Assembly: GCA_028023455.1 (NCBI GenBank)
Contig: JAQFVV010000005.1
Location: 20,832,001-20,896,000 of the forward strand
DNA: 64,000 nt
Origin: Epiperipatus broadwayi
Taxonomy: Eukaryota; Animalia; Onychophora
Reading direction: 5' to 3'
Below are positions 12,237-25,400 of the stretch, in pieces. The notes beneath the pieces were generated by a model. It saw nothing but the letters and a program-made list of their open reading frames with translations. It was not told the origin of the DNA and ran no database searches. The position numbers and the translations under genes were made by a program. How positions within the stretch are numbered: the first letter of the stretch is position 1; each line of letters starts with the position of its first letter.

Positions 12237-12635
12237 TTCTGTAATTCAATATTAGCACTATAAATGAATAAACAAAAAAACTAATATTTAATATCTTGTT
12301 AGAATCATAAGCTGGATGCTTTTTCGAGTCATGGATCTCATAATCATAGCTCTTTGTGAAGTAACTGTTTGACTAATGTTATGCAAATCTATGCAAAGTT
12401 TAAGTATTCCATTTCCTGGATATAGAATAACACTTGAAATTTGCATAGATTTGCATCACATTAGACAAAGTTACTTCACAAAGAGCTATGATTATGAAAG
12501 CCATGACTCTTGAAAATGCTCAGCTTATGATTTAACAAAATATTAAATATTAGCTTCGTGTTTATGCTTTTATAGCACTAGTATTGAATTACAGAATATT
12601 AACCAAACATTCAAAGTTTAAAATTAAGTCTGTAT
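12237..12635. mobile_element. Family F fold-back element with a hammerhead-like motif (possible A3-U8 variant)
   Basis: Arms about 12237-12400 and 12437-12598; 11-bp TSD CACAAGTACTA at 12226-12236 and 12636-12646; tail of about 35 nt on the right arm. Confidence 0.8.
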
Positions 12636-12920
12636 CACAAGTACTAGTAAAATGAATACAAATACCAATATACCAGCTAAATTTAAATGTCATTATCTTT
12701 TCATTGATACATTGAAGATATTAAATTAGACTTTTAGAAAAGTCAATAGCATGCAGTTTTGTTTTTAAAATACTTATAGCTATCTGCCAATTCTATTAGA
12801 TTTTCGTTCTTTGGGAGTATTAATCTTAAATCTTGATAGTTTTTGAACTAGCAATGGTTATGAGGGGTTTGTGTCAAATAACATTCATGTTTTACATATC
12901 TATATTTAAAGAAAAAATAG

Positions 12921-13236
12921 GCAAAAACTCTCCATACAGTATTGCCATTCAGTGCATCAGAGTAATCAATGGATTCTAGAAGGCTTGTGCATAAAATCCC
13001 CATCTAGTGCCTACTCATCCAATATCACCAGACTAGTTTCTGGCTCGCAGCCTTTGTCAGTGAGGAGCCTTGAATATGAAATATTGGATGAGTAGGAAAT
13101 AGATGGGGATTTTATGCACAAGCCTTCTGGCACCCATTGATTACTTTGGCTTGCACTGAGTGGCAATACCATATGGAGAATTTTGCTTGTTTTAATAACA
13201 GTTATAAGCAAATGATCATGTGATGTTTATTGGCTT
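12921..13236. mobile_element. Family A fold-back element
   Basis: 12-bp TSD AAGAAAAAATAG at 12909-12920 and 13237-13248; inversion point around 13080; hammerhead core mutated (CTGACAA). Confidence 0.9.
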
Positions 13237-13857
13237 AAGAAAAAATAGATTTATATATATATATTTAGTACAACTGTTCTCTACTATTTCATTGTCATTA
13301 CTCCTCAAATATGTTTATTTCTATCATTTTAACAAGTAATCTGCCAGAAATGACAACCTAGCCACCCTGTGAGAGACAAGAAATCTTTAAACCACATTTT
13401 TTATAATTTTGTAGAAGAAAGAAAGATTCATAAACAGAGCTACCTAAATATGTAATCTTTCCCAAATTAAAACCCTATACTAACTTTACTTATTGAAAAT
13501 GGTAAAGAAAGGAGATTGAAAAGACTATTTGTAATAGAAGCAGCACTTAGCCTTTGATGAAACAATATTTTATTCCACAGAATGGCAGAAGATACTTTAA
13601 TTTAAGGACTTTAATGATTGTTAACAAATATATTTGAAGTCATTTCCTACACATCCTACACTTAAAATAAACTCAAAGCTTGTCAGTATCCTCAGCATTT
13701 TTGTCTACAGTAGTTATTTTTAACTTTACCAATATTAAAAGTTAAAAAATAGGTGGATATTCTTCTATTCTTGGTACTTCACTAACATATTAAAATTTTT
13801 TATCCATAACCTAAGGAAGAGTGATTTACTTACCTTAATTCATCTTAATTATCATTT

Positions 13858-14190
13858 TCTATATCAATCCACTGCAGAATGGTCTTTCCAAGTTTAATCC
13901 AGTTTCTCTAATCTCCTCCATATCATCACAACATACCTATTTCATCCATTCAGCTCTTTTACAATTTTTTAGAATCCAATTTGAGATTTCAAGTATCATC
14001 TAGTATCATATTATCTCTTCTAGAAGTATGTATGTCCAACCCAATTCCATTTCAGTCTCTTAATTATTTCAGTTATATCAATAACACCTGTTTGTTCACT
14101 CGTCCATGTATTTAATTTTCAATTTCTTATTATTCTTAACATCCATTTCATACTTTATTGAGTGATGTGAAATCTTTGTAGTACTCTTTT
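13858..14190 (-). mobile_element. Decayed 3' end of the same RTE family as 1552-4068
   Basis: TATCAATCCACTGCAG and AACACCTGTTTGTTC are shared with 1577-1850. Confidence 0.7.
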
Positions 14191-14745
14191 GTTAATCATG
14201 TTAATTACATATACATATTTTACTCTTTGAATTGATATTAAGAATGTGTAAATTGAGAAGTTTTTCACACATGTCAATTAGTTAATATAAATCTATTTTA
14301 AAACAGCTTTAAAAAATGAACTGATTGATTTAAAATTCATGTTTTCTTTTCAACTTGTTTTAGACAAACTTCTATATAAGAAAATAAGATAAAGAGGTAA
14401 GACTATCCATTCTTGTCTCTAAAAAATTATTATCTTAATTTTGGCTCTGAGAGTATTTCATTTATCTTGTAAATTGGGAGTTTGAGAATTAATCTTAAAG
14501 TAATATATTAACCTATGTTAATTTTATGTTCATATATATATATTGTGTGTCTGTATATATTTACTCTTATTAGTTTAGAAAGAATACTGAAATATTTTTT
14601 TTATTTTATTTATAAATAATATTTAGATGTGATCAATCCAGCATTTATGATGTTGGATAATATTTGGGTGAGCTCATCATTGAAGTGCATTTAATTTATA
14701 ACATTTGTTTAAAAGGTGTTGGGCACATTATCAAATTTTAAATAG

Positions 14746-14790
14746 AAAACCTCTGAGGAAGGTTGCTGTGTGGTTGAAACTATCAGTTTG
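14746..14790 (+). ncRNA. Solitary degenerate PLE-type hammerhead motif
   Basis: CTGAGGA-A-GGTT-gctgtgt-GGTT-GAAACTATC; stem II pairs only by G-U wobbles and stem I is short. Confidence 0.4.
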
Positions 14791-15277
14791 GAAGCTTAAG
14801 TAAATATTGTATTTAGATTGCATTGAGTTCATAAAAGAATGATGTAATATTTTTATGTACATCCAGATTAACATAATCATTGCAGAAAAGTTAATGGAAT
14901 ATAAGGATTTAATAATTATTTTGGATATATATATTACTATGAAATTCCATATTTTTTATTCAGCTAAACAAAAAATGTCATATATTTTAATGAAGTTGCT
15001 AATAATGTAACAATTATCAGAGAATCAATCCTATTTCCCTCTACTTTAGTGAACCCAATAACATGCATACTTTTAACCACAAACCACTCCTTAAGAAATT
15101 TTCATGTCTTTATAACATGAATAGGTTTAGAATTTTGCTATGAGTAATAATTGCTATTAAATTTATTATCAGTATAAATAGAACCTACTAATGTCATTAA
15201 TCTATAATTTATCGATGTATTAAACAACTTCCATATTTTCTCATTCTTTTTATTTTTCATATAAATATAAGACAAAT

Positions 15278-15340
15278 AACCCCCAAGATGCTTTTCATGC
15301 TGAACCAGCACTCATCAGTTGGCCCAGGTCACCATCTTCC
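15278..15340 (-). ncRNA. Minimal type I hammerhead ribozyme (H2 module)
   Basis: - strand GACCtggg-CCAA-CTGATGA-G-TGCTG-gtt-CAGCA-T-GAAA-AGCA-TC-TTGG-gGGTT: intact core, 5-bp stem II, interrupted stem I. Confidence 0.75.
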
Positions 15341-16536
15341 ATATATATATATATATATCTTTATTACATGAAGAGTTTATCTATGGCGAATTGTCACATC
15401 TTTATTTATAACCACCGATCTTACTTCACTCACAACTGCGACTTCATTCACTTTTGACAAACGTAACAACGTTTATCACTAAATTTTCATCAAACTTGAG
15501 TTTTTCTCTAGCACAGATATAAACTTTAATCCAAGTTAAAGAGTAATATATCTAATTTTTTATATACACACAGCGTTTTTCAGCTTTCATTTTCGTATGT
15601 GTAATATCTTTATCGATGTATTAAACAACCATATTTTCTCATTCTTTTTATTATTCGTATAATATAAGGATTTATACAATAGTAATTTCTTTTATATTTT
15701 GACTCCCAACTACAATGTAATCCACAATACTTCATAGTTTGTAGTCTGGATTCAGCCAAGACTTTTTACAATGGTTATGATAGTCAATCTACATGTTATC
15801 AAAATTGAAACATCAGATCATTCAAGCTCTCAAATCTAACATCTATATTTTCATTAATTCTACGGTTTCTACCAATATTTGAATTAAAATTTCTATGAAG
15901 AAAAACTCAAAATCTTTAATTATTATTTATAAAATAATATCATTCAGCAAAAAATAAATGTTTTTAAATATTATTGTCTAAGTTTTTGAATCTAATATTG
16001 GAACATAAATACTGATAAAATTGGCACTGATCAATTCACATAATAATATATTAAGAGCAACAGCTGCTCAGTCTGGTGCCATTTTTCTGTAACTTTGATT
16101 AATCATTGATTAACAGACACTATATTACATTTAAATCTCCACCCTCAGACAGTTTCAGTCCTTAGCAATTTTCAGTGAAGTTTTGGAATCCTACATCGGA
16201 AACAATGCAAACATCCAATGACTATCTTATTTTACAATTCAAGCTAAATATGTAAAATTTAATTCAGCTTAAAATTTGAAGTAAAGCCAATCTGCTTGAG
16301 CAATCATATAGATCTGATTCTAGTAGCTATATATTTCAGTATCCTTTAGTTTTTTTATTGACTATACTATCTTGCTCCCCTAACTAGAAATATTATTAAG
16401 ATCAGTGAATCACTTAATTCTCCTGCTTAATGATAAACCAAGAGCATCTCCTAATTCTAGCATTATCTATTAGAAGCTTAATTTACTGCTATTATTAACA
16501 TTCCTAACTAGAAATATAAAATTAATAATGAGCTAA

Positions 16537-16885
16537 AACAGGCAAAACTCTCCATACAGTAGTGCCACTCAGTACCAACCAGAGTAATCAGTGGATTCCA
16601 GAAGGCTTGTGCATAAAATCCCTATCTAGTACCTACTCATCCAATATCCCCAGACTAGTTTCTGGCTTGTGGCCTTCATAAGTGAGGAGCTTTGGATCTG
16701 AGAGCACTGCACCTAGATCTTAGGATCTAATTCAAGCTGCTGCTATCTTTTATCTCTACTTAACTATAAAATTATGATTATTCTGGCTGGCACTGAGTGG
16801 CACTACTGTATGTACAGTTTTGCCTGTTTTAATAACAGTAATGTACTAGCATAAGAAATAGTGATCATATGATGTTTAGTGGTTT
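16537..16885. mobile_element. Family A fold-back element
   Basis: 17-bp TSD AATTAATAATGAGCTAA at 16520-16536 and 16886-16902; inversion around 16780; core mutated (CTTATGA). Confidence 0.9.
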
Positions 16886-19800
16886 AATTAATAATGAGCT
16901 AAGGTAATAAAATATATAAAATATTGAACTGGAGTCAAAATTATATAACTGTTAAAACACATTTATTTAGGCTCAAAATATTGGTGTGATTGGAATTTCA
17001 GACTTTGACTTGAATAGTAATGTGAAGTTAATGATGGTTGCTGGATGCATTGTCGCATGGCTTCCAACTATCCCAAAGCTTCAATGAGAAAGTCAAAAAC
17101 CAGTCTGTAAGTAGACAATTAAATGTGATAAAGTGGATGATAATCAATAATTATTCAGATTTACAATAGATGGCGCTAGAATAGGATCTACTTTTAGTTT
17201 ATTTTTAATATTATTTGTTTTTCATTAATATAGCTAGAAATTTCAAGAGAAAAGATTACCAAGTTCAATCCAACATCATACAGTCTCATATCACTTGTTG
17301 AACTATTTTCTGTTGGATTGAATTTCTTTTACAAGTTGAATTTTACTAATAATAGCCATATCAACTATGAGAATTTTTTTAATGACAAAGGATTCTCTAA
17401 ATTCAGAAGTTGAAAGCTCATTATCAAGCAAAATTTACACATTCCAAATATTTATAAATAGCAGAAGTCTTATTTTTATTATTATTGGCTTTATGGTGTA
17501 GAAGTAATTCATCTCTTTCTGTCTAGGATATGGGTTTTAATATGGACCAAGTGATTTTTTTTCTTCAAAAGGCTTAGTATTTTTCTTTCAAATAGCTGGA
17601 CCATAAACATTTAAACTATTCTTTGAACATTGGTCAGTAAATGGATAAATAGACTATACTTAACTAAATAGTAAAATAAAAATGGAAAACTTTTAATGCC
17701 CTCTGCATATGGCAATTTTCAAGACTGGAAATTATTGTTTTCTTCTACACTGTTGCTTTACGAGAAGCTGTCAGAAAGGCCTTTGTCCTGAAATGGGCTA
17801 TTTATTAAAAAGGCTGTTTTGCCATTATTACCTCCAACATTTCCACCACAAAAACTTTCCCAATATTATAATTACTTCTGCCATTTAAATAAGCAGTCTA
17901 TGTGGCATGGTATATAATGAAATTTCATGAAGTAAGCCATTTTTAGATCTTTTACTTTTGGGAAGCAGGGAGCACTTAAACATGTGATTGTTTTATAAAT
18001 GGCACTTTTATGTATGTGTCTGATTATATATGCATGTGTGTGTGTGAAACATTTATATAAAATATGTGTGCATATATTAAATCATGTGCCAAAAGCTAAC
18101 TGATTATCATATATATATATATCATATTACCACAATCATCATGCTTTAAAAAAACCATGGAATATCATTAATCTGTGGTCAAGATAATTACATCAATATG
18201 TTGTCAAAGTAATATTATAATTAGATATTTCTTAATGGTAGTGTCACTTTAATAACAAATTGATGATGTTCTATTGATTTATTTAAGCATGAAAGTTGTG
18301 CTGATGTGATGTGTATATATGAGTGTATGTGATTATTTAACCAATACATTTGTAATTACAATCTGAAGAAAGCTGCTAAACAGTTCGAACTGTAAAAAAC
18401 AAAAACAGTATTAAAAGGCACTGTGAAAATGAATAAGCATATAAAAGATATACAATTTATCAGAATGCATTACTTTGAAATTAGAATCCACAAAAAAAAA
18501 ATCTGAAAATAAGATTAGTCAAGTTACAGTAAATAAAATAAAACTTTACTCACAAATAACTGAATGGTAACTGTTTAATGTTCAACATGTGTGTTTGTAA
18601 ATTTGAAGGTCACATGACTTTCATAGCACTTAACCATATGATTAATTATTTTTGTAGATTTTATCATAAAAAGTTTTTTTCTTTTCAAAATATATTCTAT
18701 TAAAATTATTATTTTACAAAAACGTGATTATTGAAAGACCATTAAAAACAATGCTTTTGCTCTACTAATTTGTGAGGAACTAACAAATTTGGATATATTG
18801 GAAAAAGTATCATGCACTTATGACTATTAAAACTCACATTTTCTGATGATGATCACTATTAAGCTATGGATTACTTAGTTCCAACAAAGTAAATATTTGT
18901 AAAATATTAAATAAAAATACATAATTTAATAGTTTATTTCTCAAAAATTCACAAAAAGTTTGCTGCAAGAAGGGTTAGATTTGAGCCATAATTCCATGAA
19001 CAGTGAATTCTAGAATCCATCATTTTCTTCATATATCCAATGGCATGTCATTTATATTTTGTTCCAAAAATCCCTCTCACATACATTATACTTCATTCTG
19101 TTGATAAGCTTTGATTACAATAAAATATGTTTTGTGGAACTGCAAGTGTACAGTACTTTTTACATTCATGTATATGTAACATTTACTTTTTATATTTAGA
19201 GTATGGATAAACTAATCAAGATTATAGTATAAACAAAATTAAAAATAGACAGTAATTAATAATAAATTGAGAGAACACATTTACGTATAAATTTACTATC
19301 TGTATGACTTTGGAATTTATATAGTCGCTCCGCTTATCATTATTCATTTCAGATTGTCATTTAAACTCTTCAAACTTTTAAGTTTTCTGAAGCAATGTAA
19401 GAATATTTTACAGTTTTTTTTCCTGGCACTATTAAATCAATAACTTTCATTTTATCCTTTAAGAAAGGCACTTTACAATGTTTTTTAAATTTTTTAAAAC
19501 TTTTAGTTTTATAAAACATTTTGTTTCTTGAAATACTATACCACTTCAAAATTGAGAAAGGATTTTTAAAAATGAAAATAAAATGTATGTGTTTTTAATG
19601 TAATCCAGAAAAAAATTTATTAATATATACAATCATGTTTGATGCAACAAGATGAAAAATAACTGTCATGTCATGAAATTTATTAAATTTATGAATTTCA
19701 GTGCTTTTATTTTTTGCTTATATACATTTTTTTTGTATAGCATATACCTAAAGCAGTGTATACTGATACAGTGCTTGTTTTGCCTTGACTATATTTAAAC

Positions 19801-19942
19801 AATTTGGGTTTTTTTAATTAGCTTATTAAAATAAATATATCACAATTAATTAGAAAAGATTAAACATTCTTTAACTATAATAGTACTTAGTACTAAACCA
19901 CAACAAACATTAATATAATAAAATCATCACGGCTTTTTCATT

Positions 19943-20088
<146 letters not shown>

Positions 20089-20390
20089 CCACATCTCCCC
20101 CCCCATATTAAAAAACTTCAAAAAAAAAAAAATTTAATAATTATATATTATTTTAATTTTTATAAATTTATATTTTATTCTTTTTTTTAAAATTTTTTTT
20201 AAAATATTTTTTTTTTATTTATTTTTATATTTATTTTTAATAATATATATTATTTAAAATTTTTTTTACCACCAATTATAATTTTCCCCCCAAAAAAAAC
20301 CTTAATGATAATTACTAACCATTTTTTAAATTAAAAATTTTCCCAATTTAACATAGATATATACTTAGAATTTGAAGATATATAAGTTAT

Positions 20391-20440
20391 GACCTAGGCC
20401 AACTGATGAGTGCTGCTTCAACATGAAATGCATTTTGAGG
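20391..20440 (+). ncRNA. Minimal hammerhead motif (H2 module)
   Basis: CCAA-CTGATGA-G-TGCTG-ctt-CAACA-T-GAAA-TGCA-TT-TTGA; one stem II mismatch. Confidence 0.6.
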
Positions 20441-21360
20441 ACCATTTATCTTTTTCATATGATTAAAATATATGAGGCGAAATTGGAAAGTTATAAGTAA
20501 ATTCAATTTTTTAATATTGAATGTATTTATTACTTTTCATCTCCTCCAAAGTATATTATAATAAGGATTGGCTTATTTATATAACTTATTGAATGACTAC
20601 TTTTAAATGTATTTTATGCTATTAATTTTTGGATATCAAAAATAGAGAATATTTATTATTGTTGTTTTAAGTGATTTTTAAAGAGACTTTCATCTTACAA
20701 TAAGATATTTTTTTTCTTATTTGCTATTAGTAAATACTTCAAATCTGTTGTAAAAGTTTTTGAAAAAAAAAAAAAGGAAACTCAAAAACGTCATAGTCAT
20801 AGTTATTTCGGAAAAAAAAGTCTATATATATTTTTAAAAAAACTTGATAATTAAAAATTCATTTTTAAATAAAGAAATCAAATTATCGATTAAAAAAAAA
20901 TCTCATTCTTTTTTTAAATTACAAATCAAACATCGCAGTCTTAAAATAGAAAAAACCTTGAAAGTAGAAATGATTTTTTAAAATAATCAATCTTTATATA
21001 CATTTTCAGGTTTTCTACTCCACAAAAAAATGGCAAAAACCAGTCTCAAAAGAAAGCAGAACATAGGATTGTTTGGTTAAATCAAAATTTTATTTATTTA
21101 TTTTTACAAAAGTAAAATAACAAAATTTAATTTTAGACGAACAAAATTCAGAAATAATAAAAGTTTCAGCTAGTATAATTGGGTTTGAGATTAACTTTTA
21201 TCTAAAAATTCTCTACGTTAAAGTCTTATTTTTTAAAAAAAACTTCAAAGAGAAATAAAATATATATATAAAGATTATTAACAAAAGTAACTTTATTATA
21301 AAAAAAAGTCATTATAAGTTATTTTTGTTCTAAAATATATATATTGATAAATAAATAATC

Positions 21361-21480
21361 GAAAGGCTTTGCTGCTTAGGAGTTCATAGGAGTTTCGAGA
21401 GCCGGAAGTGTCAAAATGGGAACTGAGCTAAAGATTTTATGCTCTACCGCTGCGCTAAATCCCATAGGGCATATTAATAA
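21361..21480. promoter_or_regulatory. CpG-retaining island with an ETS-type motif, possible promoter
   Basis: CCGGAAGTG at 21402-21410 followed by TCAAAATGG; local CpG excess in 20780-21900; tRNA A-box-like TAGCGCAGCGGTAGAGCA on the - strand at 21440-21457. Confidence 0.3.
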
Positions 21481-21675
21481 ATAATGTTTGTATATTATAT
21501 ATATACACGTACCACAAATGTGATTTATTAGGAACGATAAAAAACCTGTGTTTGGTGATTTATGATAAATCAGGCTGGAAAAAAGATGAACGTTAATGCG
21601 GCTAAACATAATGAAGTAATTAAAACGATCGAATGAAAAATAATTTTTATTATTATTATTTTGTCGAAATTTTCT

Positions 21676-21779
21676 TAGCCGAGAGGTATCGCAACCGCCA
21701 TGCAAGCAAGTAGTTGGTTGCAGACGGTTGTGGGTTCGCGTCCCGGCCGATGCTATGACACATGAAAAAAAAAAAAAAA
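21676..21779 (+). mobile_element. tRNA-derived SINE (subfamily 2) with poly(A)
   Basis: A-box TAGCCGAGAGG, long central hairpin, B-box GGTTCGCGTCCC; homologous to 8933-9053. Confidence 0.8.
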
Positions 21780-22499
21780 TTATATTGCAGTGTTTTTTTT
21801 TTTTAGTTTTTTAATGATAGACCTGAATATATTTGTTAATTAGGGGATAAAACGAAGATATAAATATGTTTAACTGGAGTTAATGATGTCGACGGAAATG
21901 AAGATGGATCATTCAAAGTCCCAATAAGAATATTGATTTTAATAATGTAAATGAAATTTTAAAAAAAAAGGGCTGCTCCAGTTGTCTAGCTAGATTACCA
22001 TGATTAAATGGAAAATATAAAAAGAAAAATCGTATATGTAGATAAAGCATTTCATTGGAATACATTGCTTCCAAAAGGAATTATTTAAAGAAATTTAAAA
22101 CAATGGTGCTTTCTTATTTAAAGAAAAGAATCTTAGAAGATAAAAAAAGAGAAATCCTTTATCTTGCTCAATCAAAATTATTTAGTTAATTTAAAATGTA
22201 ATGATTGTTAGTATCGTTATTAAAAATATAGATTAATCCCAATTTGTGACTATTAAGTCATATCTCTAATAAATGTGTGTTAATTAATTAATTAAATCTG
22301 AAGAATTTTAGGTGCAAACGAATTTTAGTTCCAAATCCAAGAGAAAAAGCAATACTGCAGTAGAAATGACTGTGACAATGACTATATGCAAGTTCGTTAT
22401 TATTTTATTTAATATTTTATGACATTTTTAATTCCTTATACAGATAACTTCTTGAAATAAACTCAACACTATATCTAATTGTAGCTCTCCAATGTATCT

Positions 22500-25400
22500 T
22501 ATTCTCTACCATATCTTCCTAATAGAAATATTCAACACTGTACTTCTTTAGAATGATTTTGAAATAATCCTTATAAATGTGGTTTATTTCTCCCATGAAA
22601 AGTATGTTCAAGTTCACCATGAAACAACTTGTAGAAAATTTTGCATTATTCATTCATTTTAGATGACCAGTTCAATGAAGATGGGATTTAATGATAGTGG
22701 CTTTACAGTACTACATCCAAAAAGTTGGTGATTATGCTGATTAATCTTATGATCTTACCATAATCTTTTTAAAATTTTATGGAGCATCCTCAAATGAAAT
22801 TTTTCTGATAATTTTATGTTATGCTAATAAAGTATTCAACTCTCACTTATACACAATAAATTAGGTAAAATAATAGCTGTGTATACAATCAATTGAGTGG
22901 TAGTAATTATTTCCTTCTATCTTTTAACTTATTAAAAGCTATAGCACAATGGAGTTCTAGTCGATTAGCCGGCACACACCATGTGATGGCTCTGTTGCTA
23001 GTCAAAAACCAATAGATATAATGTTACTGGGCTGATTTAATTATTTATTCAAAAACAAATAAATATAACGCTTTCACCTGTTTCTTTTTTTTTATAGGGA
23101 TTTACATTTTTCTTTAAAACATTTTTTTAAAAAAAAAAATGCATTTTCTCTTTTTTTGGGGGGAAAACATTAGTTTTTAAATTATATTTTTAATTACATT
23201 ATACATGTCAGCATGTAGTGCTGGAATTTGCAGGGAGCGTGACCAATGATTTTGAGGAGTCGAAGAATTGGCCAAAACATGCACTACTCTGATCAAACAA
23301 TATATATATTAGAAACTTTCCGTGATGACATTTTGAAAACTATTTTTAAAAAATTTACAAAACAGTATTTAATAAAATGTAAGAATTCCATTTTAAAATT
23401 AATATCTGATCAAACCAAGCTTATGCTTTTAAAAATAATGACAAACCACAGCCGTTTTAGTAGTCTCGTAGCTATTTTTGCGCAAAAGGAATTTTGCGCA
23501 TGAATTCTGTAAAATGGTGCTGGGACATACACTTTTGCAATTCATTTCACCTTAAAAAGATGTGTACAGAAGCACGGCAATGGGCTTACAATTATTACTA
23601 TCTAAAACTACATCAGGTCATGTGAAAAATCTTACTTCAAATGCACATGAAAGAGTTATGGCCACTTCTGTACACACTCACATCATACTGTAGCATTTTG
23701 TGAAGTGTGCGCTATTTGCACAGTACCATGAAGCACAAAAGTGGGCCATAATATTTGTGTGCAAAGCCATATAGGCCTGCTTAATGGCTAATATGAACAG
23801 AACTGTTTTATAGGCCCCGTAAACAGAATATTTCTGTGCTTTTGCATGGATTCAATGACATCAAGTGGCATGTGGCAGCTAATCGATGAGTACCCACAAT
23901 GGAATCTCTGTTTTGTTTTATTTTTCTCTTTAAAAAACTACCAAGATATTTAATTGTTGCTAAATATTTTTTATTCATTGCTGGTTGATAAAAGAGCAGA
24001 GTTTTTAAAATTATTTGCTAAACCCGTGTCTTTATATGTTACATTCAAAATGTTAAATACATTCAACAGATTATCTTTTATATTGGAAAAATAGCACAAT
24101 CATCAGCATACTGTATATCTATAATCCATCATCAGTCTTGCTTTATAATTCATTGAACTACTTATAATAAGTTCTAAAGACTAATATCATAAAAACTGAA
24201 TACAATAATGGAGCAAATACATCTTCTTGTTTAACAATATGTTCATTACAAAAACCTTAGATTACTTCCTTTCATTTCATCATGTAGAAACTGTATAATG
24301 AGAATATACTTTAGTGGAAAAACCAATTAATTTCAAGGAGTGCCATGAACCCATTCAATTCATTAGATTAAATATATTTTGACCAACTAAATAAAAATAA
24401 TATCTAATTCAATCTTTTTTTAAACTTTTTGCATTTGTCCCATAACAAAATCATGTTTATAGCGTTCTTGATTCTCTTAAACTACATTGAGTCTCTGGTA
24501 ATAATTCATCTATAAGTGGTAGCAATCTATTTAACAATATCTTGAAAGTACTTAATAATGTAGTGGATACTAATGATATTCCATAATAATTATTGCAGTT
24601 TTATCTATTACTTTTGGGTAGATAGCATAACTTCATAAGTTCATGTATTCCTATACAATTCAAACAGCCTTTCCATTTTTTAAGACTACAACAGCTGTTT
24701 TGATTTACTAAGGTGAGTATCTTCGTCCAAATCTAAATGACTAGATAATATGGTACTAAAAGTCATCAACATTGTATCATTTTTCAAAAGATGATCAAAA
24801 TATTTCTTTCGTCTGCTTAAAATACGATTGCCATCAGAAAAGAGAATGCCATTACTGCATTTAATAGGTTTGTGATGCTGTTTCTCAGGTCCATGTATTG
24901 TCTTCAGTACTTCTAAAAAAATTCTAAATTTACCATGATCAGCAAATGGGTGTATCTTTTTTGAAGTTTTAATCCACTAATCATTTTTATATTATCTTTA
25001 TTAGTCATTCAACTTCTGCCTTTAAATCGGACTATGGTTATGAAGCTCTACATTTAATTTATCATTCTACCAAGCAAAAAATGTTATATTTTCTTTTAAT
25101 CAAGTCACTAATAATAAAATCATTGTCAGAAAACCAGTCATGGTTCTTTTTAGTAAACACAAGAATGGATTTAGTTGTACATATAACACACTCCTTAAGA
25201 GAACTCCAGATCTCGCTAACATGACAATCCTGAAAATCCAAATTAACAATTTTAGTGTTCAATAGCAGTTGAAATCTAGCACAAAGGTTAGATTCTTTTA
25301 AAGAGCAATTATCAATTTTCTTACAGATATTAGAATAAAAGCTATTTTTTAAAGAACAATCATTTTTAATCTTGGAGTGAAACAAATCTACAATCTGTCC

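Noticed and set aside
8872-13236. Fold-backs as whole-genome-amplification (MDA) chimeras
   Set aside because: The arms are diverged from each other, one arm contains a SINE missing from the other, and many insertions have clean TSDs; artefactual chimeras would have near-identical arms and no TSD. Read-level confirmation is still advisable.
17527-17577. Exon-like DMGFNMDQVIFFLQKA (UBA-like MGF)
   Set aside because: It terminates early and no linked exons were found; too short to support
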